Below are positions 24,090 through 37,400 of a DNA stretch of 64,000 nt, one piece after another. How positions within the stretch are numbered: position 1 is the first letter of the stretch; the number at the start of each line of letters is the position of its first letter. The notes under the pieces were generated by a model. It did not search any database and was not told the DNA's origin. It saw only the letters and a program-made list of their open reading frames with translations. Source of the DNA: Marsupella aquatica (lineage: Eukaryota; Plantae; Marchantiophyta); assembly GCA_973895155.1 (NCBI GenBank), contig OZ316893.1:6348963-6412962 (forward strand), written 5' to 3'. The position numbers and the translations under genes were made by a program.

Positions 24090-24707
24090 CTCCTAATACT
24101 CCTTACAGACCTCACAGTAATGTCGTGGACATATAAGAGCATCGGGATGTGCATCAGGGTTATCTGGATGGCGAGTGAGAGGCATTTCCCCCAAACGCAG
24201 AAGTAGTCAAAGACAGCCCACATGGTAAAAAGAGTAGCAGTCATCATGAGAACACTGGACCACAAGGGGCTCGTCTGTGCTGGGTCTCAAGGTTCTGCCA
24301 AGAAGTCCACAACCAAAACATCTTCCTCTGTTTTGCTGACAGAGGTCACAAAGCCAAGCTGCAGCCCAATCATGTCCTCTGGAAATGACAATGCACTCAC
24401 ATGTAGGTCCATGGCCATCTTCTTCATTGGGGTTGTGGCCATCAACTACATAATGAAAATGGCGACCACAAGGGCCATCACAGAACAAAACAGTTCCTCC
24501 CTCATCACATTGAAAACAACAAGAGGGATCCATACGAAGGTGCTCCCTATGCCCAAATCTTGGATCTAGCAACTGACGAGCAATGTGTGCCATGCTGAAC
24601 AAGATCTGCAAAATTACCTTCAAAAATTGGGGGCAGGCATGTGATGTACCAAAAGGAGCAACAGTCCACCAGCAATCACAGCCAGTAGCCTCCACCAGGG
24701 GCATCAC
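24090..24707 (-). pseudogene. NSD/EDM2-type tandem PHD-finger protein fragment (transposon cargo)
   Basis: CFQCDEGGTVLFCDGPCGRHFH...WLCDLCQQNRGRCFGCG...VVQCSHDDCYSFYHVGC, then after a frame break LICPRHYCEVC. The Cys/His spacing matches NSD1/EDM2 PHD clusters. Confidence 0.75.
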
Positions 24708-25458
24708 TTCCCTGTGGGCTCCTTTGATCCATCCTGCAATGTGAGCAATGCAGAATTACAAGTCATCAACTTGAATGTGCATCATTATCATGGGCAGAAC
24801 CTAGACGTGTCCCACCACAGACACAATCATTGATGAAATGACAAGTATTCCATGCTAGGCAACCACCCCATGCCATTCTTGCCATGTATTGTGCAAAAGT
24901 TTGCACTCTGTTTGAGTCACCTCGCCTACAACGATCACATGTCTGGGTGTGACAATGGAGAGAAGCCTCCAAGAAGACACATTCCTCATCCAGCACCCCA
25001 GCTGTCTGTTTAACTAGACGGATACTGTTTGGGACTGGTGGGGATGTATTCAGCCTTCTATAATGGTTACGAGGCACACTTGGATAGCCCCAAGTGACAG
25101 CATAGTCTGCAGGCACGACCCCACTGTGAATCATCTTCAAATGAAATCGCTCACCCTTTTGTTGATGACCGTACTGAGAGAGTGCGCTGCGAGTCACAAC
25201 CATCTTCAATGCACCTAGACTGGGATTGTGCTTGTGAACTCCAACAAAATGACAAGGCCACAACAAACAAGGGACAAGGATCAACCTTAGCAGGGGCCTC
25301 AACAAAACCTCCACACTTCCCGCAATGTATCAATAGACCCTGCAGAAAAGAAAGTGAAGTTACTATCTCAACCATTTGAAAATCTTTGCAACAGTTTGCA
25401 ACAGACAAAGACCTCTTTATTAAAGTGCTTCAACATCATGGGACACATATACAGTAAG

Positions 25459-25917
25459 CTACACCGATTTGCGTCTGATCAAGTTCACACTCCTCCAATT
25501 GGCATTTGCTTCATCCTGTTTCATTTTCTCTCTTTCTCTCTTTCTATTATCTTTTTTTGACTCTGTCTCTGTCAACATTAAGTTGAAAAGGTCTTCTTGC
25601 AAGCGGAACCCTACCTTAAGGGATTCACACATCCATTCAAATGACACAACTTTCAATGTGTGCTTTTGAACTAGACAATTCACTTCAGACCATGACCACT
25701 TGGACATGACTGCTGCCCAAGATCCAGCAACAATGTGAGTGATGTCACTGGTTAGGTCCTTGGATTGGCCACCCTGGCGTTCCTTAAGCTTTGTGCGAAA
25801 CACTTCAAAACGAGCTCTGGAAAATCCACCTGGAACTAAGATGGCATTAACATCCCGGAAAATTGGCTTTGACACTATACTAGGCTTGGGTGCAGTCTCA
25901 AGCCTACAACCCATCAC
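25459..25917 (-). CDS. BRCT-domain ORF (resembles the X-family polymerase N-terminal BRCT) with a charged tail
   Basis: IFRDVNAILVP...KLKERQGG...DITHIVA...VVSFEWMCESLKVGFRLQEDLF shows the BRCT THxV and WxxxS/C signatures. Confidence 0.75.
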   Translation of the reverse strand: MMGCRLETAPKPSIVSKPIFRDVNAILVPGGFSRARFEVFRTKLKERQGGQSKDLTSDITHIVAGSWAAVMSKWSWSEVNCLVQKHTLKVVSFEWMCESLKVGFRLQEDLFNLMLTETESKKDNRKREREKMKQDEANANWRSVNLIRRKSV

Positions 25918-27389
25918 TAAATGCTAAATTGTCACTATGGATGTCTGTAATAGAGTGGAGCTTACGTGGGCACTCCAAGTAGGTGGGTAGTACAATCATA
26001 AGTCTTTGCACACGTCAAACACAAAAGAGACATAAGACTAAAGCAAGGAAGGATAAACATGTTCACTGAAACAGATTGAAACATCACAAATTTAAGCAAA
26101 ACCTAACAATGATACGGACATTTGAATCCACCAAATTGGGATGCAGTTCTGTTCAATATACCTATGCTTCTGGATGCACTTTGCCAAGACTTCAGACCTA
26201 TTGAAGATATTGAACTAAGCAGATGGTACCAAGGTCAACCACACAGTACCTGCATGACACAGAAATGGGAACAGACTCAATGTTCATATGTTTCAATAAA
26301 TTGAAGTGAACTCATCCTACTTAACAGCAAACAAGTTACTATTTTGCTGTCCAAATAAATTACCAAATACCTACCTCACAGTGGAAATTTGGTAGTAACA
26401 ACACTCAAAAATGCCACAGTTGATCCACCTCCTTCAAAGCTTTTCAATTGCTGCAAAGGAACTACTGTTCTGAAGCCAATCTGCCGATTTCAAGGCGGTC
26501 TATGTAATAGAAGACAAGCGGCCAAAGTTCAGAAGCAACAACCGGGAAGGGAATACAATCTGACATTTCAATCTAATTGCTTTCGACATAGACAAAAAAT
26601 CAAATCATTGACAGTTTGACAAAAGCAGGATGCACAGACATTCCACAGCAAGGCTCGGATGAAAAATTTGGCGAGAATGAATCTTAGAGCAACAAGCATT
26701 AAGGCAACAATGCTGGAGCACATTAAAAAGCAAAGCATTCTAGCAGTGATTATGCATGCAGCAAAACAGCAACAGGCAACTTCGTCACTACTGTGGTAGA
26801 GACTACATAGACATACAGTCAACGCATGCAAGAAAGAGAGAGGTCATTCCAGAATAGAAACAAAACAAAAGAGAATGTCCAGTCTTGAGAGAACTAAAGA
26901 AACTCGTATTGAGTTTAAGATTATAGATTGTTGTCCTGCAAAGGGGTGAAATGCGCCGACAAAGGATTCAACCAATAAGTACAAAAGAAACGAGAACAAA
27001 GGGGAGATTGAACGGTTACTAGTTCTAGCGGGAGCCTTTACTGAGAACGGCCGGAATCGAATGGTGGTGAAATCAAACCATGTGTTGTCGTTAAAAGTTG
27101 TAGGGGGGAAAGAGAGAGGAGAGGACGTGAGTGCAAAAAAGCTACAAATATGAAAAATGACCGACACGGACCGGAGGGCAGCTGATTGATTGGCAGTGTC
27201 TCGATATGGACTCCCTGCACAGCGCAAAGCAGAGCTGAAGAGGTGAAGGATAGCCAGCGCAAAGCATACAAGGTGAGGGATGGCCAACCGCAACACTCAT
27301 TCATACCTTCTGATGACGAGCTACAACTCAATGGCGAGCTACAACTCAATGGCGATGGCAACAACGAGAAGCGATGGTGGACAGAAACT

Positions 27390-27775
27390 CAACAGCAGCG
27401 GCAAGCAACCTGGTGGCGGCGAGTAGCACTCACAAGGCGGTGGCGAGCAGCAATGTGCGATGGTGGCAGTAGCAAAAGGAGATGGCAAGTAGCAGCAACA
27501 ACAATGGCGAGCAGCACTCACAAGGCGGTGGTGAGCAGCAATGTGCGATGGTGGCAGTAGCAAAAGGAGATGGCGAGCAGCAACAACAACTATGGCAAGC
27601 AGCACTCACAAGGCCACCCGGCAAGCAGAAATGTGCGATGGTGGCAATAGCAAAAGGAGATGGCGAGCAGCAGCAACGACAATGGTGAGCAGTAGCAACG
27701 ACAATGGTGAGCAGCAGCAATAGCAATCGAAGATGGTGAGCAACAGCAGCAGCAGCATCATCAATCAGCTTTCCT
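27390..27775. repeat. Degenerate ~90-95-bp tandem repeats with CAG/CAA-rich low complexity
   Basis: AATGTGCGATGGTGGCAGTAGCAAAAGGAGATGGC occurs three times. Confidence 0.75.
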
Positions 27776-28309
27776 CCTCAATCTCGCCCGAGCATCAAAA
27801 TGCTTTCCTCCTCTCGCCCGAGCTCACAAGCGGGAAAAGCTAGAGTGTGGCCTCCTCCCGCACAAGCTCGATGGACCCCCTCCTCCCTGCGCAAGCTCAA
27901 TCGCCCCCCTCCTCAGTCCTTACTATGACGGCCGCCCTTACCCAAGGCATTGCAGTGCGTTGGATCCAAAAACCCTAGAGATCCAACGGCTGCTAATAAC
28001 TGTGTCAAAACCCCCCAAAACACCCCTCGCCAAATTTCAAACTATACTCGTTTCAAATTGGGGCTAAACCAATACACTCCCCCTCCTCCCGTGCCCACAA
28101 AAACAATTTAAACCTAGTATGATGCCCCCAAAAACAATTTAAACCTAGTATGATATAGTATGATATTAGTAAGGGTACTACATAATTGTGTCTTGCTAGT
28201 CTCAAAAATTGGAATGAGTTGAAATGGACAAGGCGACTTCAAAACTTAGTCTCCAAACTCATTGACAATTGTTCATCATACTTCCTAGAGAATCCAGGTG
28301 TAGCAATTG

Positions 28310-28574
28310 GAAGGTGCCACATGTGCCAATTAGCAACTGCCACATGTCGCATGAAAATGTTATACATAAAACCCCTAACTTACCTAGACGCCTTCCATGG
28401 AAGGCAACCCTATTTATTGGGGCCTATAGTTCTTAAAAGTTGACGAGATAATAAAACAACCCCTATTGTTCTTCCACGAATCTTTGGAAGTCTTCCGCCC
28501 AACCCAATTAAAAGGGCCTATACTTCTTCGCACGTGATGGGTCACTTCCGCGGAAGTGACCCCCCCCCCCCGAG
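28310..28574. mobile_element. Right terminus of a large element related to the MITE (GTCACTTCCGCGGAAGTGACCCC...CGAG)
   Basis: Diverged homology to the MITE end (AACAACCCCTA, AAGTCTTCCGCC, CCTATACTTC, terminal palindrome). It abuts a truncated copia gag at 28575. Confidence 0.8.
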
Positions 28575-31117
28575 CATGGTTTAGACTGAGGGCCCAGGGT
28601 CATCAAGAGAGACTTCTTGTACAACCAATCTAAGGCATCTTTGCGATAGTACTTCTCTCTTAGGGCCTTGAACAAGGATATACAACCCTCGTAGTCGTCC
28701 AGCTTCTTGATGATGTGCGACTTCAAATATAGCATCACCGCATTAACAGTGATCACTTGCTCCTGCCTCCATTTTCTCAATGGGATCTCCTCTTCATTGC
28801 TAGACTCCTCCCGAGCAGATGGCAGATGATCTAAGCCCATGGCACAAAGAATTCCCTTGACTTGCTTCTCCCATAACAAGTAATTTGTGCCCCCATCATA
28901 CTTTTTCACCTCAAACTTGACACCTCCAAACTTGGATGTCATCTTTGTCCTCCCGACGTTCTCCACGTGTTATTTTTGTGATGCTCCCTATATCCTTTTG
29001 TCGCTTTTTTTCTTTCTTCCGTCCCATTAACTCAACTCCAAATCACGAAAAAATGTTGATTTTCACAAGTTTCCAAAAATCTTAAAACTTTTCACCGCCA
29101 CGTAGCCCACCAGCCTAGCAAGCCAATGCTGAAATCCAAAATTGAAACCGAGTTCCGACAATGAACTTTTTCATGTTTTGGTCGGGGTGGTAAAACTCAA
29201 AAATTCTCCCCCGTTTTGACCACCCCAGGGAATAACCAAAATGCCAAGTACCACCTGTCATCGGAAATGCAATTTGATTGGTGCACTGCGTTTCTAGCTT
29301 CAATGGCTACGTCCTCGACAAAAAAGATCCAAAAATAATTACCGTTTGGACCTCAAAATCTTTGACTAAGGGCCAAAAAACAGCTCTCTGCTTTTTGGGG
29401 GAATATTCCCCGCACAGTACAGCATGGCTCATAGGGGGTCGTTCCCCTTGTCAAAGCAATTAATTTGGAGGGACGGCAGGTCTTGGGAAGCGGCACAACC
29501 AAGAGGAAGTCAGGAAAAGAAATTAAAAACTGCCCTTAAGAGGGTGCTAAGCCCCTTAGCATGAAAATACGGCCCAAAAAGGCGGACGGGCCAAGCGTGG
29601 GCGGGGAGTCACCGGGCTCTTGATGAAAGAGAACCAATGGGAAAAAGGTTAAAACCAGGCCTAAAGGGGTTGTGAGGCCCCTTATGAAAATCCCGGCCCA
29701 AAGAGGCATATAGGGCCAGGCCAGGGTGCGTATGGCGGGGCAGGACGACGACTGGGGCGGCTGCATACGCAGCCGCGTACTGCAAGAGGGCCAGGCCGGG
29801 GTACAAAACCGTCACTGTGAAGTAGCGGCCGGCGATACAGGGGCGAGCAAGGGCTAAGAAGCGGGCGACCGGCAGGGCGAGTGAGGTGGCCGCGATGACG
29901 GCAAACGCGCCGGCCAGCGCTGCGGGCCGTGGCTGCCTGTATACGGGAGGGGGCACGAAGGGGGGGTATCGGGGCCGGGAGACTGTGTATACACACACAA
30001 AAAGCTCTAAACCTAAGCCAAAAATTGACTTAAAAAGAAAAATGCTGATTACAATGGCAAAAACCGGCATTCTTACCTTGCTGTTTGATGAGGAAAGTGC
30101 CGTTGATGGAAGAATTTTTTTTTTCTTGGATTTTTCCTCCTTGCCATCAGCAGGTCCTGCAGCACAAAAAATCTCCGCTGTGTCTCCCTTGCTTTGCGTC
30201 AAGTGCCAATCTCGGACTTAAAATGACCACCTCACCGCAATCTCTTCGTTGAGCCGTTGCACTTTGCGTTTCTCCCCCCAAGTCGAGTGTGACATCGAGA
30301 AAACCCGCTTCAGCCAAGGCTATGTCTCCATAGCCATGAAAAAATTCAGAAACGTATTTTTTGCTCGTTGTGTCGTACTCGATTCACCCTTGACAACAAA
30401 CCAGATACCGAAATGACCAACTTCCCCCGATCTACGATTTGAGCTATTGTATGCAACACCTCACGCACCGCCAAGCTCACACCGTCAAAAAAACAATCTC
30501 AGGTCCCTCCTCCATCGAAGAAACCGTCCAACACGAATCTCTTCTCACAAAAAAATTCCAGAACAACGAGAACTTTGATTCCTCCACACCACGAACTCCC
30601 ATCAGTGATTTCTTTGCACCGTTAGATAGCCCTTGCCCCGATCTATCCGTTGAGCCCAACACCTCCAAGATCCACGCAATGGAACTCCATAAAATCCACC
30701 GACACTAATCGTTGGAAAAATCATCACGAACACGTCACAAAAAATTCTATCGTCACTCCCAGGCTTGCTTTGATACCAATTGTTGAACTATGACATCTTC
30801 TTTCATGACGATACAATCATTACTCATACCATGCACATGTAATCAACACAATCTCTGCGTGGTTCACCTCTTCTCCAAGGCTACGTCCACACAAACACAT
30901 CAACTTTACTTCAAGAGTAGACGAACACACATGCTCTCTCTCTCTCTTCCCAAGTTGCTCTATTACAATGAGCAAGCACCACATACCAATGGCTTACACC
31001 AGCCCTGGTATATGTACAAGGTCACACACGACTAACCTAACCTCAACTAAGACCCTAATTGTGGTTAACCTAAGTGCTATAACCTATGAGTCACAAGACT
31101 AAGAGCAATCCTTAACA
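28575..31117 (-). mobile_element. Truncated Ty1/copia: LTR 30781-31117, Met-tRNA PBS, 5' leader, gag N-terminus cut at 28575
   Basis: TGTT...AACA LTR; TGGTATCAAAGC PBS; gag KFGGVKFEVKKYDGGTNYLLWEKQVKG is homologous to the intact copia gag. The leader resembles 57250-58395. Confidence 0.85.
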
Positions 31118-32147
31118 TTCCTCCCCTAATGCCCTCCTCCTCTCCCTTCCCTTGCCATCCATGCCTGATATGGGTCAGGGCATGGAAAGATTTTGAGGTT
31201 TTGTGTCAAACTCGACATAATTATTACAACTCCAATAGGAAGTGCTTTCCAGATTCCATGGCACCACATGCGGCCCACATCATTGATTTCCGTCACAAAC
31301 ACAGAGGTCTATGTTTGCGGTAACTAAGAGACACTATCATTCATGATTGATGAAAATGACAATTTAAGTTAGTCACTTATAATTGTTTTTTGAGTTTTCA
31401 GAAATGTTGTCTCTATGCTTCTAGGATACGCAAGCATACTGAGATGCATTAAACTGTCTCTATGCATAGTAGGTAGGTAAGCTTACCAATATGTATTAAG
31501 ATAAACTTTTAGCCATAATTTTGTGGCCTGAAGTCTATTTGGGGTAAGATTTTTATGCTACTGCCAGCATAAATTAAAAAATGGATTCCTAGTACTTGAT
31601 CAGCCAGCAAACCTGTGACAGGACAAGATGGTGTACATTTTTACTGTGTTAAGAACATTACTGACTAATTATGACACCCTGGAGTCACCAGGTTTTGCTT
31701 AGAATACAATGGCCCATATAAGTAGAATCAGATTCCTTACAAGCAAAGAAGCATACAGAAGGATGTTGGGGTCCATGAACTAGTTGGAATACAAATAATG
31801 ATAAGTGTATGGTCAAGAAGGCTTTCCCCCCTCGGATATTCAGTCTATTACGCTGCAAGTGTTCACAGACAGAGTTTTTCATTTGTTAAATAGTAAAAGG
31901 GGTGATTGACTCAATTATATATACAGGAATAGGTCTTTGAAAAACAAAAGAAACCCCTTCCAAATTAGGCTGATATGCAACAGAACCAACGTTTGCAATG
32001 GACTATAAACAATGATGATTTGTTTCCCCAAGGTCTTGTAAAGACCAAAATCAGGGTGGCTTTGGTGGGGCTTCCCCAGACATTAGGGGCACTTGTGAAC
32101 TTTTTCACCAAAGCAAGGTGGAGAGCCACTTCTTGTGCTATGCACAG

Positions 32148-32318
32148 ATATCTTGAAATGACATCAATAAATGCAAATCCCTTGAATGAAGGAGTGGACA
32201 CCATACCTTGATGGGGCCAGAGTCCTTGTTAACTATCTTGAAATGACATCAATAAATGCAAATCCCTTAAATGAAGGAGTGGACACCATACCTTGATGGG
32301 GCCCAGAGTCCTTGTAAA
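32148..32318. repeat. ~85-bp tandem duplication
   Basis: TATCTTGAAATGACATCAATAAATGC...AGAGTCCTTGT occurs twice. Confidence 0.85.
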
Positions 32319-32448
32319 CCCAACTGCAACATCCACTGCAACATCCTTTCCGCTCCGTACAAGGTTGAGATTTAAGCGTAGAGGGAATTAGACAAAGATA
32401 ATGTGTGCCCCATGTATTATAAAGCCACCCTCGATGTGAAAAGATTAG

Positions 32449-32478
32449 TTTAGGGTTTAGGGTTTTAGGGTTTAGGGT
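32449..32478. repeat. Interstitial plant telomere repeat (TTTAGGG)x4
   Basis: TTTAGGGTTTAGGGTTTTAGGGTTTAGGG; a second short tract lies at 32944-32961. Confidence 0.85.
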
Positions 32479-34433
32479 AATCATAAATGTGCCCAAATTA
32501 GTTAAAATGCTGTAGACTAAGATGTACTATCAAGTAGAGTTTTAAATCAAAATGGACCAAGCCAACATTTAACAGTCTAATATAATTAAGCACAATCAAA
32601 AGCTACTCAGTGGGCTTACCATCAATGGAAGCCTCTAGACCTTGATTCTAAATGAGTGCATAACTGAAAGTGAAGGAAGAGACACAAAAGAGGGACAGGG
32701 GCAAAGATATACCATGGAATGTTTTTCATGCAAGGTTTTGCTTCTCTTCCAATCTCATTACATGAAGGAATTGAAAATAGGCTAGTTGTTAGGCATTGAC
32801 TAAGGTCTAGGGCTTTAATCATATCTAAGTCTGACCTTAATCATAGACTAGGTTAGGTTAACAAAATTACAGGCTATATCTCAAACAAAATTTATTTGAT
32901 ATGACTAACTCAGGCTCATTGTTACACTATATCTCAAACAAAATTTAGGGTTTAGGGTTTAACTAACTCAGGCTCATTGTTGCAGAATCCCTTCAGAGAT
33001 ATAGATATAGAGACACAGATATAGAGATCTTGCAATAGAAACTCACTATGGCGGATGAAAATTCTTCTCCAATAATAGTTACTTTTATGTAAAGTCTCAA
33101 ACAACTAGGGAGATCTTGCTTTGGGAGACTCACTATGGCCGGTGAAAATTCTTCTCCAACAGTAGTTACTTTTGTGTAAAGTCCCAAACAACTAGAAATA
33201 GTCACACGTTTTACTGGACATCAACGGCAGTAGCAACCATTTGTACAAGACAGGTACGAAGCTCGGCCAAAGAGTAGGGTTGCTATGGTGGAACTCTAAG
33301 AGAAATGAATGTTTGCATTGTCACCAATTTCTGACAATGGGAGTCTAATTTTGATATCTCTGACAAATTACTAATTAATATTATAAATAAGATAAATAAG
33401 ATAAATAGAAGCCTTGCAGGTCATAGTAGACCAAAGCCAGTACCATCTCCTGGATCACGAGTGCGTTTTTTGATGCCTTCATGTGTATGCCTAAGATAAT
33501 GAAATGCCAAAATCAACAACTGAAAGCTGTTCAAACATGACTCACGATGCTGCACAAGATAACAAAATCCTAACATCACAGGGTAAGAAAAAACAAAATG
33601 CGGAACAAACGTAGATCAAGATTCACTCCATATCTGTGAAATAGTGACAAGAAAATCAGCAGTGGACACTGGGCTCAAAGCTCAATTCAAGGCAGGCCTA
33701 CTTTTGTAGATTAAAGATCATCACTTTTCTATTTCCAGATATTGTACAAAAGCCAAATCACCTTCCAAGCTGGCCAACCGAATCAAGTCAGTTGGATTCT
33801 TGCAGCCGGTGCAAACCTTGGCAACAGGACTGCTGCATGGAGTTGCCACACCAAACATTTTGCTAACAGCAATATTCCGACGTGGAAACATCATCAACTA
33901 CAACTTGCGTATCTAGGAGAGAGCAGACGGCGAGTAAACCTACTCATCTTCAAGAATAATCAAAATTACCTTATTACTCTAATTAAAACAAGGCATTGGT
34001 AGTGACACATCTCCAGCTGCAAGTGGAACTCATTACTACCACATTTATTTGGAGATTTGCCACCTGCCCTCAACAGCTGATCGCGGCAGTAAATGCCATA
34101 TGAAGAGAAGATTTCCAGCTCATTTCTTTGGACTCCCCCCAGATGAACCTCCAGCGTGAGCACTTAAAAGATTAACATAGGGGTGTTGTTGATCTACCGA
34201 TCAGACCCCGTTCAAGAACAGACCTCTTCAACTAACAGCTAAGTTTTTAGACCTAACACAAGCTAAATCTTGTGCAAACTATATATGTACACATCTTCCA
34301 CAAGTTGGCCCTTCTCTCATGGCAGGAACCCAGAGTCAGACCAATCACCTGCAATTTCAGTGGATTCCAGGGGGGAGAGTATGACCTATAACTTCGTATT
34401 CCTAAGGACCCAACGAAACCACGCAGGTGAATG

Positions 34434-37400
34434 CTACCTGTCAGCTCGAGGGCGTTTCATTGGAGAGGGTGGGAGAGGTGCAACCATAGTCCAAGAAGGC
34501 TGTGACTGACCACGGAGGACAGAATCTGAGGTCAAACGTACCGAATGATGATTTGCACTCCTTGTGCATGGTAACAGGCTTCCAGCTACTAGCGAATCAC
34601 TTACCAGCGCAGTACCATTGAAGTCTAGCCTACCAACGCGCCTGCAAAACACCAAGCACTAGAAAAATTGAGCAGATATACCCAAGATTACCGTTTATAC
34701 ACACATAAAGAACGTCAAATCTCATTACAGCCTTAGCGAACATGTCACGACCTGTTGTTCAAGCGGTTGTTGATAGCAGTCAGGTCCTTCGACGGGCTTT
34801 GATAGGCATGAGTACTTTCACCCACACACGCATATAGACTCCGAGTGTGAGGTGACATAATTGTATCCATCTGCAACCAAAGAAACTTGTTCAGAATCAT
34901 GCACCTTCGAAGTTCCAGCGTCTTCCAAATCCTTGCTTTGAAGGGGTGTTTTCTTTCTTTTCATATGTGTCTAGTTCATCGTGTTTAGCATCAACAAATA
35001 CTGAGATTCATGTATACTCATTGTTAGGTGCCTGCTGTTGCATCGCGGCATCATGAGATTCATACTGACTCTTGTTGAGGCATTTTCTGCCTCATAAAGT
35101 TCACCATCATAAAATGCTGGGATACATCATGATTCTTGTTAGCTCCGACAGGTTCATGAATAGACGCCAGGACCAAGGCGTCCTGCCAACCCTTTTGTCT
35201 CTGCTTGTCTGCTTTGATCAGAAGTAGTTCATCAACGTAATATCCCATTAGGACATTGGCCTTAACTTGTCTTGTGATAGCAGGCAAGCTGCATATGGTT
35301 AGGGAATATTCAACTTAAACACCGTGAAGTGTGCCATCCGTACTTCATCGCGAACACAACCTAGCCAGTGATGAAAGTCTTCAGGTCTGATAGTCGTCGA
35401 TCAAAAGGGAGTAGACCCCTTCATTGAGCACTTCCTTGAATGACAAAAAACGTACGCTCATCTTGGCGGCCAAGCAGAAATAGGGTTCGCTTCTATAAAC
35501 TGTTCTGGAGTAGGTTTCCATCAGTGCAGTATACAAATTTCAGTGTCATCTACTTAGCACTGCCGATATACTTCTCTTAGCAATTCACGATTCCTAGTGA
35601 GCTTTCTCAGGAGACCCTGTGTTACTATCACATGATAACGGCAGGCAAGTTGATGGAGACTTCACTTTGCAAACATGCTGTACTGCGAATTGTTGGTCCG
35701 TCAACTTTAGCGGTTACTACCGGTAAAAGGTTACTTACAAGCCTTACATGGGTCCTGATTAGAATGTCACTTTGGTAGTCATGTTGATATATGTTGACCA
35801 CCGTCCGTTTCACCTCCAGTTGTTTCTTTAGTACGATTTGTTTGAATAATTCTTGCACCAGAAAGACGCACTGCTATCCAATAGGATAAAGCGTAGAAAC
35901 GTACCTTTGTTGATCGAAGGGGAGACACATAAACATTGTGAGAGGCAGACACTTTCTTCGGGGACATGTCAGGAACAGCAGGGATAGAAGGCTTTGGTGA
36001 TCCTGGCCCAGAACCTGCACAAAGCACACATTACTAAGAAGAATTTTCCGAAGCAAACCGGAAAATATCATCACAGATTGTAACAGACCGGTGCATCACG
36101 TTTTTGCTCACAATCCCTTATCGGAACTGCAGAACTTGACGCTCTAGATGGGCAGGCCGTGGGGGTTAACACCCTCATGGTCGGGGGTTCGAGGGCGTGC
36201 CGAGTGTAGGGAAGACATGGGGTTGCGTATCTTCTCGTCACCTCGTCTTTGAACGCGGTAAGGTTCCATTAGCCCTCCGTTCCAGCACTCCCAAGTGCCT
36301 CCGAGGATGGGCTTTAGAGTGTTTGCTAAACCCCCTTAAACCTCAAAAGTGCTGGACTTTGAATCTGCTGTGTCATATCTCTACTACATAGGCCGTGGGC
36401 CTTCTTTTCTCTCAGCTGCTAATGCTAATCTGCAAGTACTCTCTACCGGCAACGGCAGCTCCTCTGTGTTGTGGTATCAATAGCCAGTGGGCCCCCTCTC
36501 TCAGCTGCTACTGGTAATCTGCAATTAATACTCTTCGGGCAATGGCAGCCCCTGTTGGAGAAATTGAATTTACATTCAATTTGCTATATAGCCCGTGGGC
36601 GTTCTCTCTCAGCTGCTGATCTGCAAGTACTACTCTACCGGCAACGGCAGCTCATGGTGGAGAAATCGAATCTACATTCAATCTGCGGTTGTTATCTGTA
36701 GCCCCGGGGCGTTCTCTCTCAGGAGCTAATCTGCAAGTACCACTCTACCGGCAACGGCAGCTCATGTTGGAGAAATCGAATGTACATTCAATCAACTGCT
36801 GTTATCTATAGCCCCGAGGCGTTCTCTCTCAGCTGCTAATCTGTTAGTACCACTCTACCGGCAAGGGCAACTCATGTTGGACAAATCGAACGTACATTCA
36901 ATCTACTGTTGAAATCTATAACCCGTGGGTGTTCTCTCTCAGCTCTTTCTGTCTTGGCATTTAGAAAATTGAAACGAAAAAGTGGCAAAATATTTCCTGC
37001 TGCTCAATACTAGCTACTCACAACTTTAATCTTACCGTCTTTGTCATGTCTGTCATCGTCTCCGGGACGGCCGTTCGAGGGAGCAGGTATGGGAACCAGC
37101 TGAACCAAATACTGCTTTGCCGCTGGTACGAATATTTGATTGTAGAACTTAATAATGTCTCCTACCTCCTGCGTTCTTGTTTTCTGTTATGCAGAAGACC
37201 AATTGAGATGAGAAACACATCACAAGTCGAAAAAGTAGTCGAACACACTAGAAAAAACAGGATGATCAATATTCTTGTAAAACCAAAAGGTAAGAGAGTG
37301 ACCAGAATGAATCAAGTCAAGGCAGATAATTACCCCTTCACTCTTCACTGGTGATAAATCAAGCAAGACATTGCAGAAGACTTGTCTCTTGCATTGAGGT

